Source: Bacilli bacterium | Lineage (GTDB): Bacteria > Bacillota_I > Bacilli_A > RF39 > UBA660 | Assembly (NCBI GenBank): GCA_017617435.1 | Contig: JAFZWF010000018.1 | Coordinates: 52,642-116,641, forward strand | Length of the DNA stretch: 64,000 nucleotides | Reading direction: 5' to 3' | Shown here: positions 10,252 to 18,674 of the stretch, one piece after another | Layout: every line of letters begins with the position of its first letter | Position numbering within the stretch: the stretch's first letter is position 1 | The notes under the pieces: generated by a model | Database searches by the model: none | What the model was told of the DNA's origin: nothing | What the model saw: only the letters and a program-made list of their open reading frames with translations | Position numbers and translations under genes: made by a program

Positions 10252-10392
10252 ACCTAGTAGATGGTTATGCAACATAAAACCGACTATGATAAATAATACG
10301 GGAATCTAATTGTTTTGATGTGTTGAAGACCGATTAATTTCGGGATCCTAATTCATTTCATGTGATGCCCACCTCGCGAGAGCGGGATTTTA
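10252..10392 (+). ncRNA. unclassified structured RNA, about 140 nt (stand-alone sRNA or cis-regulatory leader of tcdA)
   Basis: Non-coding stretch between the promoter and a GC-rich hairpin CCCACCTC-GCGA-GAGCGGG (10368-10386) followed by ATTTT. Contains the internal repeat CCGAYT...CGGGAWYCTAATT twice and a long-range helix GCAACATAAAAC/GTTTTGATGTGTTG. Confidence 0.4.
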
Positions 10393-10435
10393 TCAATGCT
10401 AATTGTCTCTAGGTTTTATTATGGAGTAAATTTGT

Positions 10436-11119
10436 ATGATGTATGATCGAATTTTAAAAATCATTTCTAAAGAAGCATTTGATAAAATCCAAAAATTAAA
10501 CATATTAATTGTTGGCGTTGGAGGAGTAGGTGGATATGCTTTAGAAGCCCTTGTTAGATCAGGAGTTTTAAATATAACTATTATAGATAAAGATAAAATT
10601 GACGAATCCAACTTAAACCGACAAATTATTTCACTTAATTGTAATATAAATAAAAGCAAGGTTGAAGAGGCAAAAAATCGAGCTTTAAACATAAATAATA
10701 ATGCTAATATTAATGCAATTGAAATTTTCTTAACAAAAGAAAATTTGAATGACACTTTAAATGGTAATAAATATGATTATATTATTGATGCTTGTGATAA
10801 TGTAACAGCTAAAGTTGAACTTATTTATTACGCTATAAAAAATAATATTAACATTATTACTTGTTTAGGAACTGGCAATAGATTTAATCCTGAAGAGTTA
10901 AAAATAACAACTCTTGATAAGACATATAATGATCCTCTTGGAAAAGTTATGAGAAAACTTTTAAAAGAACGTGGAATCAAGAATAAAATAGTTGTAGCAT
11001 GGTCTAAAGAATTACCTGTTAAAACATCTGAAAGAACGCCAGGATCATTGATTTTCGTACCAGCTAGTGCAGGATTACTAATAGCTAGTTATATTATTAG
11101 AAAGGAAATAAACAAATGA
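10436..11119 (+). CDS. tcdA: tRNA threonylcarbamoyladenosine dehydratase (ThiF/E1-like family)
   Basis: 227 aa with Rossmann loop IVGVGGVGG, DKDKIDESNLNRQ and ACDN. Size and motifs are typical of TcdA/CsdL. Confidence 0.7.
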   Translation: MMYDRILKIISKEAFDKIQKLNILIVGVGGVGGYALEALVRSGVLNITIIDKDKIDESNLNRQIISLNCNINKSKVEEAKNRALNINNNANINAIEIFLTKENLNDTLNGNKYDYIIDACDNVTAKVELIYYAIKNNINIITCLGTGNRFNPEELKITTLDKTYNDPLGKVMRKLLKERGIKNKIVVAWSKELPVKTSERTPGSLIFVPASAGLLIASYIIRKEINK

Positions 11120-13344
11120 GTTTAATAAGTTTAAAAAATGTGTCTAAATTTTACTATAGTAAAGGTGTTATAGCATCTGGTTTTACAAGGGTAAATTTAG
11201 AATTAAATGATGGCGAGTTTGTTGCAATCACTGGTGAGAGTGGTTCAGGTAAATCAACTTTACTAAATGTAATTAGTGGCCTTGATTCTTATGAAGAAGG
11301 CGAAATGTATATAAATGGTAATGAAACCAGCCACTATACAGAAAAAGATTTTGAAGATTATCGTAGAAAATATATCGGAAACATTTTTCAGTCATTTAAT
11401 TTAGTTAATAGCTATACCGTATATCAAAACATTGAACTTGTCCTACTTTTAAATGGTAATAAGAAAAAAAATATTAAGAAGAATGTCCTAGAACTTATTA
11501 AAAAAGTAGGTTTATATAAATTTAGAAACCAAAAAGTTTCTAAATTATCAGGTGGTCAAAAACAAAGAGTTGCAATTGCAAGAGCACTTGCAAAAGAAAC
11601 TCCAATAATTATCGCCGATGAGCCAACAGGAAACTTAGACTCTAAATCAGCAAGTGAAGTTTTAAAACTATTAAGTGAAGTAGCAAAAGACAAACTAGTT
11701 ATTGTTGTAACTCATAATTATGATCAAATTGAAAAATATGTAACCAGAAAAATTACCATGAGTGATGGTAGAATAATTGAGGATAAAAACTTTAAGGAAA
11801 TAAATAAAAATGATGACATTAAAACATCAAATTACAAAAATATAACTTTTTTTAATAAAATTAGACTTGGTATAAGAAATGCATTTAATATTAAAGTTAA
11901 ATTTATTTTACTTCTTGCCGTATATCTATTTATTATTCTTGCATTAAGTGTTGAATATGCATCATTTAAAAACGATGAATATATTGTTAAAAAATCAGGA
12001 ATTAACGCATATTTATTTGATACATCAGATAAAAGAATAATACTAACCAAAAAAGATAAATCATCATTTAATGATGAAGACTATAATAAATTATCTAAAC
12101 TAGATAATATAGATAAACTTGTAAAAGAGGACCATGCGATAGAAGGTGATGGATTATCATTTTATGATGATACATATCTTTATATGTATGGAAGAATAAA
12201 AAACTATAACGAATTTAATAAAAAATTAGATTACGGAAGAATGCCAGAAAATGATCATGAATTTATTATTGAATGTAGTGATAATTCTAACATCTATGAT
12301 CAAAACTATGACCAATATCTTGATAAAGAATTTTATTTAGACACAAATTATATTTTATCTCAAAGCAAAAATAAGGAAAAATATAAACTCGTTGGTATAA
12401 GATTTAATGGTGAAAATAGTGCTGATGATACAATATATGTGTCAGATAATCTTATTAAAGACTCGTATAAAAAAGGTATATACAATATGTCTGATATTTT
12501 TGTAAATATCAATAATAAGACATATAAGTTATATTCACTATCAGTTGGAAGTATAATTCCTCTTAATAAAGTTAAAGAAGGAACTATTATAGTTCCACAA
12601 ATTTTAAATCAGTACTGTAAATATGAAAATTGTAATAATAAGGAAGTATCATTTAATGTTAAAAATAGATACTATGAAGATAATCTTTCTTTAAAAGTAT
12701 CAGGTGTATACTATAATAAATATTCATATAGAAACCTAACAGGTTTAGATTATTATGATGAATTTATAACAGAAATATTTATTAATCCAAATGATTATAA
12801 TCGCTTATTTGAAAAAGGATATTTTCAAGCATCTGTGTACGTAAATGATCTTGATAAATTTGATGAAACAATAATAAGTTTAAATAATTTAGGATATAAA
12901 ACTTTTGCTGTTAAAGATTCTTTATATGTTGAAGATAGTGTAGCAATAGTTCAAATATTAAAAGTTATAGTAACAGTAATAATTGTCGTAGTGTTATTTG
13001 TAATATCATATTTTGTTACAAAAGTTATTGTTAAATCAAGAAAGATATACTTTTCTACAATTAGAATGTTAGGTTCAACTAAAAAAGTTTGTAAAAAATT
13101 GCTTACAATTGAACTTCTTGTTATATCAAATATTGCATGTTTAATATTTGCTGGAATTTTAGTTTTGACAAATCTCGGATATATTAAAACATCTGTATTT
13201 GTAAATATACTTGAATATTTAGATATCTATGAATATATCTTATTATTCTTTATTATTAATACTATGAGCTACGTTATAAGTTTAAAATATGCTAAAGAAA
13301 TATTTAAAGATAGTGCAATTAGTACGTTAAAGGGGGATAATTAA
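11116..13344 (+). CDS. ABC transporter, fused ATPase and FtsX-family permease
   Basis: GESGSGKST, LSGGQKQRVAIARAL, IIADEPTGNLD and C-terminal TM helices. ATGA overlap with tcdA. Confidence 0.85.
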   Translation: MSLISLKNVSKFYYSKGVIASGFTRVNLELNDGEFVAITGESGSGKSTLLNVISGLDSYEEGEMYINGNETSHYTEKDFEDYRRKYIGNIFQSFNLVNSYTVYQNIELVLLLNGNKKKNIKKNVLELIKKVGLYKFRNQKVSKLSGGQKQRVAIARALAKETPIIIADEPTGNLDSKSASEVLKLLSEVAKDKLVIVVTHNYDQIEKYVTRKITMSDGRIIEDKNFKEINKNDDIKTSNYKNITFFNKIRLGIRNAFNIKVKFILLLAVYLFIILALSVEYASFKNDEYIVKKSGINAYLFDTSDKRIILTKKDKSSFNDEDYNKLSKLDNIDKLVKEDHAIEGDGLSFYDDTYLYMYGRIKNYNEFNKKLDYGRMPENDHEFIIECSDNSNIYDQNYDQYLDKEFYLDTNYILSQSKNKEKYKLVGIRFNGENSADDTIYVSDNLIKDSYKKGIYNMSDIFVNINNKTYKLYSLSVGSIIPLNKVKEGTIIVPQILNQYCKYENCNNKEVSFNVKNRYYEDNLSLKVSGVYYNKYSYRNLTGLDYYDEFITEIFINPNDYNRLFEKGYFQASVYVNDLDKFDETIISLNNLGYKTFAVKDSLYVEDSVAIVQILKVIVTVIIVVVLFVISYFVTKVIVKSRKIYFSTIRMLGSTKKVCKKLLTIELLVISNIACLIFAGILVLTNLGYIKTSVFVNILEYLDIYEYILLFFIINTMSYVISLKYAKEIFKDSAISTLKGDN

Positions 13345-13345
13345 T

Positions 13346-15745
13346 ATGATAGAAATTAAAAATTTACACAAGTATTTTAATAGACATAAGAAAAATGAAC
13401 TTCACGTAATTAATGATGTATCATTAAAACTTCCTCAAAAAGGATTAGTTGCACTTTTAGGTCCATCTGGTTCTGGTAAAACAACAATGCTTAATTTAAT
13501 AGGTGGGCTTGATAAACAAAATAAAGGTAAAGTAATAATTAATAATGATAAAATATCTAAAAAATCCTTCTTAAAAAGAGATAAATTAAGAACACTTAAT
13601 ATTGGATATATTTTTCAGGATTATAAGTTAATAGATGATGATTCTGTATTTGACAACGTAGCTCTATCACTTAAACTATTAGGTGTAAAAAACAAAAAAG
13701 AAATTAAAAGAAGAGTAGAATTTATCCTAGAAAAAGTTGATATGTTTAGATATCGATATCGTCCAGCTGGAATGCTATCTGGTGGTGAAAGACAAAGAGT
13801 AGGTATAGCAAGAGCATTAGTTAAAGATCCAGATATAATTTTAGCTGACGAACCAACCGGTAACTTAGATAGTAAGAATACTCTTGATGTTATGAATATA
13901 ATTACTCAAATAGCCAAAGAAAAATTAGTTATTTTAGTTACTCATGAACAAAATCTAGCTAAATTTTATGCAGATAGAGTAATTGAATTTGCTGATGGAG
14001 TAATTACAAAAGATTATAAAAATGAACAACCTGATGAACTTGATTATCAAGTTGAAAATAAGTTTTATCTTAAAGATTTTAAACATAAAAATAAAATTAA
14101 TAAAGATAATGCTGAAATTAATATTTATTCAAATGATAAAAGTAACGTTAAAATTGATATAGTTATTCGAAATGGAAACTATTATATTAAAACATACAAT
14201 AATTTCTTAACTCAGCTAGTAGATGAAAATTCTGCAGTAGAATTTATAGATGATAAATATAAAAAGATGAATAAAAATGATTTAGAAGTTAAATCATTTG
14301 ATGCTGAAGATATAAAGCATAAAAAATATAGTAGTATATTTAATGTATTTAGTTTTATATTTAAAGGCTTTGAAAAAGTATTTAATTATTCTTTTTTTAA
14401 AAAACTATTACTTGTAGGTTTTCTACTTTCTGGTGGCTTTATTCTTTATGCCATATCTTCTTACACCGCAGCTATTACAATTAAAGATGATATGTTTATT
14501 ACAGAATCAAGAGATTATGTAACTATAACTACAGGTAAAAACAATGTTGACGTGTATAAAAAGATTAAAAGCCTTGATGAAAATGCTTTTATAATTCCAG
14601 GATCAGCAACTGGTAAGTTCTATGTTAAAGAAGATTACTTATCTCAGTTCTTTGATTATAGTTTAGCTTTCTTAGGTAATTTAGTTCCACTTGATGCGGT
14701 AAGTAAAGAAGATTTAATATATGGTAGACTTCCAGAAAATTCAAGTGAAATAGTTGTAGATAAATTTTTAGTTAAGAAAAAACTAACAAGTCCTGATTAT
14801 AAAATGCAAGGAATAACAAGTGTTAAAGAATTATTAAATAAAACTTTAATTATGGAAATATCTGACAAAACATATAAAATAGTTGGTATATCAAATAAAA
14901 ATGAACCATGTATTTATATAGATAAAAATGATATAATTCCTATCATTCAATTAGGAAAACTAAATGAAGAAGAATCATATGATGAATCACAAATAATATA
15001 TAGTTATAGTTATAATAAGGATGATCTAAAAATAGTTAAAGGAAGAGAACCTGTTAAAGATTATGAAATAGTTGTAAATTATAATAGTAGATATGAGTAT
15101 CCTTTAAATAAAAAGATAGATACTCAAGTTAATAAAAACAAACTGCTTGTAGTAGGTTATTATAAATCTGATTACGATATAAATGATATATATGCTAGTG
15201 ATTCAACTATAATGTATAGTATTATACCTAAAACAAGTAACTATAGTATTTTTAAAGGAAATATTAATCTATATAAAGAAAATAACTATAGTGCTTCAAA
15301 TTCATATGAATTATCTAAAAATAAATATATTAAAGATAATAAAGAATCAGTTAAGTCTAAACTTATTGTTTCATCTATAATAATATCTATATCTTTAGTA
15401 GAAGCTTTCTTAATATCTAGATCAAGTTTCTTATCTAAAGTAAAAGAAGTAGGAACTTATAGAGCAATAGGTGTTAAAAGATTAGATATATGTAAGATGT
15501 TTGTTGGTGAATCATTTGCTATAACAACACTATCAAGTGTTCCTGGTATTATATTTGCAAGTTATGTACTTAAAAAATTAAGTAGTATTAAATACTTAAA
15601 ATATATGTATATTGTTAATTTCAAAGTAATAATTCTATCAATTATTATTGTATATGTATTTAATATCCTTGTATCTTTAATTCCAGTACTTAATTTAATT
15701 AGAAAGACACCAGCTAATATACTTTCAAGAAATGATGTAGATTAA
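13346..15745 (+). CDS. ABC transporter, fused ATPase and FtsX-family permease
   Basis: GPSGSGKTT, LSGGERQRVGIARAL, ILADEPTGNLD and C-terminal FtsX-like TM bundle. Starts 2 nt after the previous stop. Confidence 0.85.
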   Translation: MIEIKNLHKYFNRHKKNELHVINDVSLKLPQKGLVALLGPSGSGKTTMLNLIGGLDKQNKGKVIINNDKISKKSFLKRDKLRTLNIGYIFQDYKLIDDDSVFDNVALSLKLLGVKNKKEIKRRVEFILEKVDMFRYRYRPAGMLSGGERQRVGIARALVKDPDIILADEPTGNLDSKNTLDVMNIITQIAKEKLVILVTHEQNLAKFYADRVIEFADGVITKDYKNEQPDELDYQVENKFYLKDFKHKNKINKDNAEINIYSNDKSNVKIDIVIRNGNYYIKTYNNFLTQLVDENSAVEFIDDKYKKMNKNDLEVKSFDAEDIKHKKYSSIFNVFSFIFKGFEKVFNYSFFKKLLLVGFLLSGGFILYAISSYTAAITIKDDMFITESRDYVTITTGKNNVDVYKKIKSLDENAFIIPGSATGKFYVKEDYLSQFFDYSLAFLGNLVPLDAVSKEDLIYGRLPENSSEIVVDKFLVKKKLTSPDYKMQGITSVKELLNKTLIMEISDKTYKIVGISNKNEPCIYIDKNDIIPIIQLGKLNEEESYDESQIIYSYSYNKDDLKIVKGREPVKDYEIVVNYNSRYEYPLNKKIDTQVNKNKLLVVGYYKSDYDINDIYASDSTIMYSIIPKTSNYSIFKGNINLYKENNYSASNSYELSKNKYIKDNKESVKSKLIVSSIIISISLVEAFLISRSSFLSKVKEVGTYRAIGVKRLDICKMFVGESFAITTLSSVPGIIFASYVLKKLSSIKYLKYMYIVNFKVIILSIIIVYVFNILVSLIPVLNLIRKTPANILSRNDVD

Positions 15746-15747
15746 TT

Positions 15748-15783
15748 AAAATATGCTTTAAAATAAGCATATTTTAATTTTAA
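15748..15783 (+). terminator. rho-independent terminator of the tcdA-ABC operon
   Basis: AAAATATGCTT (15748-15758) pairs with AAGCATATTTT (15765-15775), followed by a T-rich tail. Confidence 0.75.
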
Positions 15784-15784
15784 A

Positions 15785-15812
15785 TTGACAAATTAATAAA
15801 TGTGTTTATAAT
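15785..15812 (+). promoter_or_regulatory. sigma-A-type promoter
   Basis: TTGACA (15785-15790), 16-nt spacer, TATAAT (15807-15812). Confidence 0.55.
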
Positions 15813-15846
15813 AAATAGAACTTTTCTTTAAAGAGTTGAATAAATA

Positions 15847-16020
15847 GTGGGTAGGAAGTTTGAAGTAAAACAAAATGGAAATTTATACAAAATGATAAGT
15901 GAAAAAAGTGAACAAGAAATCGTAGATTATATATATAAGATTTCACAGTATAAAACAGCAAAATACTTAAACAGAGAATGTTCAGATGGAAGTCCCAGAA
16001 CTATAGATTTTCTTAGATAA
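15847..16020 (+). CDS. possible small protein (57 aa, GTG start), not in the ORF track
   Basis: 58 stop-free codons in AT-rich DNA just downstream of a consensus promoter. The SD is weak, so the start is uncertain. Confidence 0.3.
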   Translation: MGRKFEVKQNGNLYKMISEKSEQEIVDYIYKISQYKTAKYLNRECSDGSPRTIDFLR

Positions 16021-16046
16021 CTTTTATTAATAATGGTGGTGAAAAA

Positions 16047-16391
16047 ATGAATAACAAACATAATTTTAAAGTAACGGATTATTCTAAAAGATATAATAAT
16101 ATTGGAAATAATAAAGAGATAGGTGATCCTGAGATATCAATAAAAAATATTGAGAGAATTCGACTTAATTCCGAAATTTTATCTTTAATAGAACAATATC
16201 ATGATGTTATTAATAAACTAGATAAATGCAAGGGAAATAACTCTCAACTTAACTTATTACTTAGAGAAAAAACTAAAATTCAGTTAAAACTACACAAACT
16301 GACTTTATTAACTAGTGAAAGTAATACAACCGAACTAATAAATAAGGTTGTACAAAAAAGAAATGAAACTATAAAACGTTTATTTAGATAA
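16047..16391 (+). CDS. hypothetical protein (114 aa)
   Basis: ORF with SD GGTGGTG upstream. Confidence 0.55.
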   Translation: MNNKHNFKVTDYSKRYNNIGNNKEIGDPEISIKNIERIRLNSEILSLIEQYHDVINKLDKCKGNNSQLNLLLREKTKIQLKLHKLTLLTSESNTTELINKVVQKRNETIKRLFR

Positions 16392-16399
16392 GAAAAAAC

Positions 16400-16428
16400 T
16401 TGACATTTGTTCGATATTTTGATATAAT
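16400..16428 (+). promoter_or_regulatory. conserved promoter module, copy 1
   Basis: TTGACATTTGTTCGATATTTTGATATAAT: consensus -35, 17-nt spacer, consensus -10. The first 22 nt are identical to the copies at 16599 and 24764 (minus strand). Confidence 0.75.
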
Positions 16429-16457
16429 TTATTCATACATATGAGGGGGTTATATGT

Positions 16458-16538
16458 ATGATGATTATATTAAAAATCGCGACATTTGGTATAATGGCTC
16501 GTGGTTACATAAAAATGACTGAGAAGAAAAATATATAA
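16458..16538 (+). CDS. 26-aa hydrophobic peptide, type I toxin-like (MMIILKIATFGIMARGYIKMTEKKNI)
   Basis: GAGGGGG SD lies 8 nt upstream, with own promoter and terminator. Paralogous to the peptide at 16656. Hydrophobic helix plus charged tail. Confidence 0.6.
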   Translation: MMIILKIATFGIMARGYIKMTEKKNI

Positions 16539-16572
16539 AAATGATTAGATTATGTTCTAATCATTTTTATTT
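16539..16572. terminator. hairpin terminator with bidirectional architecture
   Basis: AAATGATTAG (16539-16548) pairs with CTAATCATTT (16557-16566). A-run on the 5' side, T-run on the 3' side. Confidence 0.75.
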
Positions 16573-16598
16573 ATATTAGTAATAAAACACTGTATAAA

Positions 16599-16627
16599 TT
16601 GACATTTGTTCGATATTTTGATATAGT
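16599..16627 (+). promoter_or_regulatory. conserved promoter module, copy 2
   Basis: TTGACATTTGTTCGATATTTTGATATAGT. Confidence 0.75.
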
Positions 16628-16655
16628 TTATATATGTACAGGGGGATTGTACATT

Positions 16656-16733
16656 ATGATAGTATTGAAAATTGCAGTGTTTTGCGCACTTACTTATACA
16701 TATATTAAAACAGTAGATCGAAAAGATATATAA
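16656..16733 (+). CDS. 25-aa hydrophobic peptide, type I toxin-like (MIVLKIAVFCALTYTYIKTVDRKDI)
   Basis: GGGGGA SD lies 9 nt upstream, with own promoter and terminator. Aligns with the 16458 peptide (MI[IV]LKIA.F....YIK..[EDR]K[ND]I). Confidence 0.6.
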   Translation: MIVLKIAVFCALTYTYIKTVDRKDI

Positions 16734-16747
16734 TATTTTGTGTGAAA

Positions 16748-16780
16748 AAAGAGTAGATATAAGATTCTACTCTTTTAATT
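16748..16780. terminator. hairpin terminator with bidirectional architecture
   Basis: AAAGAGTAGA (16748-16757) pairs with TCTACTCTTT (16766-16775). Flanked by an A-run and a T-run. Confidence 0.75.
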
Positions 16781-16841
16781 ATAGATTGACTTATACTATA
16801 CGTATTTATATAATAACAAATTATACGGATGGAGGAATTTT

Positions 16842-17681
16842 ATGTTTAGTTTAGATAACGTTTCTATTGATAAACTAGGTCTTAGATATCAGTGGCCTAA
16901 GGCTTATATAGCAGCTAGTAAGGAAAATGTAAGAACAATTCAAGATTTTATAGATTTTATAAAAAAACATCCAGAGTATCAAAATGAAAAAAATGGTAAA
17001 TTAAATAATTATACTATTCAGATGAGATTGGATGAAATAATTAAAAGAGTAAATAGATTATCTAAAAATGGTAAAGAACCTGAAGTATATTTCTGTGAAA
17101 AATATAAGCATCCAGAACTTGAATATAATGATAGTTGTAATTATATTGATTCAATATTTTTTCAAAATGCAGCTCAAAAACAAATCCTAGATTACACATA
17201 TATGATTCCCGTAAGAATTGTAAAAAATGATTTAAGTTTAACAACATCTTATGGAGAGAACCAATTTAGATCGTATATTTATCGTTTAAATGATGAAAAA
17301 ATACAATCAATTATTAGTAATTTAAATATGTTTACAGAGCAAATAGAAAGACAAGCAAAATTAACTGATAGAAGAGATATAAATTTATTTTTATATGAAA
17401 GAAATATGAAAATAGAACTACTTAAGAAAAAGTATGCCGAAGTCATAGCTTATCTAATATATACTGATAAAGATTTAGTATGGGGAAAAATGAATGATAA
17501 AGAAAAAAGACTTTATTTATCATCAGTTTTCAAAACAGGTACTCAAAAAATGACATTTAATGAGCATAAATGCAAAGAGTTATTAATTAAACAAATAGCA
17601 AATTACACAACTTTACCAGAACTAGAAAATATGCACAAAGGTAATTATAACGTATTAAAAAGATTTATAAGAAAAGAATAG
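16842..17681 (+). CDS. hypothetical protein (279 aa)
   Basis: SD GGAGG. Promoter-like TTGACT-17-TATAAT at 16786-16814. Confidence 0.6.
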   Translation: MFSLDNVSIDKLGLRYQWPKAYIAASKENVRTIQDFIDFIKKHPEYQNEKNGKLNNYTIQMRLDEIIKRVNRLSKNGKEPEVYFCEKYKHPELEYNDSCNYIDSIFFQNAAQKQILDYTYMIPVRIVKNDLSLTTSYGENQFRSYIYRLNDEKIQSIISNLNMFTEQIERQAKLTDRRDINLFLYERNMKIELLKKKYAEVIAYLIYTDKDLVWGKMNDKEKRLYLSSVFKTGTQKMTFNEHKCKELLIKQIANYTTLPELENMHKGNYNVLKRFIRKE

Positions 17682-17706
17682 ATTTAAAAAAATCTATTCT
17701 TTTTCT
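17675..17706. terminator. bidirectional terminator between convergent genes
   Basis: GAATAGATTT (17676-17685) pairs with AAATCTATTC (17690-17699). The hairpin overlaps both stop codons. Confidence 0.7.
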
Positions 17707-18674
17707 ATTAAAAATTTAGCAAGTAAATTAGGATCTTTACCGTTCATTATAATATCATATATTAAATTAATAATTGGTAGATCTATGTGTTTTGTTCTAA
17801 CAAGTTTATATATACTTGATAAAGTGTAGTATCCTTCAACAGTATGTGTTTTTAAAAATTCATCTATTTGTTCTGGATCTTTAGTGGAACCGACTATATA
17901 ACCAAATGAATAGTTTCTTGATTTAGTCGAAGTGCAAGTTAAAAGTAAATCCCCAACACCTGCAAAAGATAAAACAGTTTTTTTATCTCCACCAAGTTCA
18001 TCAATTAAATATTTAATATCATGAAGTGATTCGTTTATTAAAAAGGCTAGAGTAGATTCAGCGTAACCTAGACCTTTTACTATACCTGATGCGATAGCAA
18101 TAACGTTTTTAATTGATCCACAAATTTGAATTCCTATTAAATCATTCGTTTCTCTAAGTTTTAGTGTGTCTCCAGCAAGATTATCTTTTATAATTTTTGC
18201 AGTATATTCATTTGTTGAAGCAAGAGCAAGAGCAATTGGTTCGTTATTAGCCATATCAATAGCAAATGTAGGTCCTGATAAAACTGCAATACTATCAGCA
18301 TTTAATGTATTTTTAACTATATCTGATAGAAATGAACCTGTTCTTTCTTCAATACCTTTTGATGCAATACATATAGGTATATTTTTGTTATAAAATGGTT
18401 TTATAGAACCACAAACTAAATCAACAAATTTAGCAGCACATGCTATAAAAATAAGTTCTGCGTCTTGAATTGTTTCTTCATAAGAAGTTGTTATATCAAT
18501 ATTTTCGGGAAAAACTCTATCAGGAAATATTGTATCAAGTCTTTTAGTCCTTTTAAATTCATCATGTACTTTTTGGTTTTCTGTCCAAAGCATTATATTA
18601 TTTTCTTTTTTCTTAGAAAGCATTAAAGATAGTGCTAAAGAGTAAGCTCCTGTTCCAAGCATTGCTATTTTCAT
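17694..18674 (-). CDS. gpsA: NAD(P)H-dependent glycerol-3-phosphate dehydrogenase
   Basis: N-terminal MKIAMLGTGAYSLAL Rossmann fold, LSGPTFA, GSIKNVIAIASG and C-terminal VEGYYT, all typical of GpsA. Confidence 0.9.
   Translation of the reverse strand: MKIAMLGTGAYSLALSLMLSKKKENNIMLWTENQKVHDEFKRTKRLDTIFPDRVFPENIDITTSYEETIQDAELIFIACAAKFVDLVCGSIKPFYNKNIPICIASKGIEERTGSFLSDIVKNTLNADSIAVLSGPTFAIDMANNEPIALALASTNEYTAKIIKDNLAGDTLKLRETNDLIGIQICGSIKNVIAIASGIVKGLGYAESTLAFLINESLHDIKYLIDELGGDKKTVLSFAGVGDLLLTCTSTKSRNYSFGYIVGSTKDPEQIDEFLKTHTVEGYYTLSSIYKLVRTKHIDLPIINLIYDIIMNGKDPNLLAKFLIEKE

Noticed and set aside
10252-10300. Purine-riboswitch resemblance (CCGACTATG, as at the 3' end of the xpt G-box).
   Set aside because: The upstream segment is only about 40 nt. 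It lacks the P2/P3 hairpins and the conserved loop-loop nucleotides, so the match is a short coincidence.
10290-10350. c-di-AMP (ydaO-type) riboswitch, suggested by the pseudo-two-fold repeat of CGGGA-containing units.
   Set aside because: The characteristic conserved segments I remember for this class (GGGGACCCA-like and CCCGAACCCG-like elements) are absent, and the RNA is shorter than the class. The downstream gene, tcdA, is also not a typical target.
16400-16413. Possible LexA (Cheo) box overlapping the -35 of the conserved promoter (TTGACATTTGTTCG against CGAAC-N4-GTTCG).
   Set aside because: Only 7 of 10 specified positions match and the left half-site is essentially absent. The identity among copies extends well beyond a Cheo box, so a different, unknown operator is more likely. 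SOS control is still testable but is not supported by the sequence.
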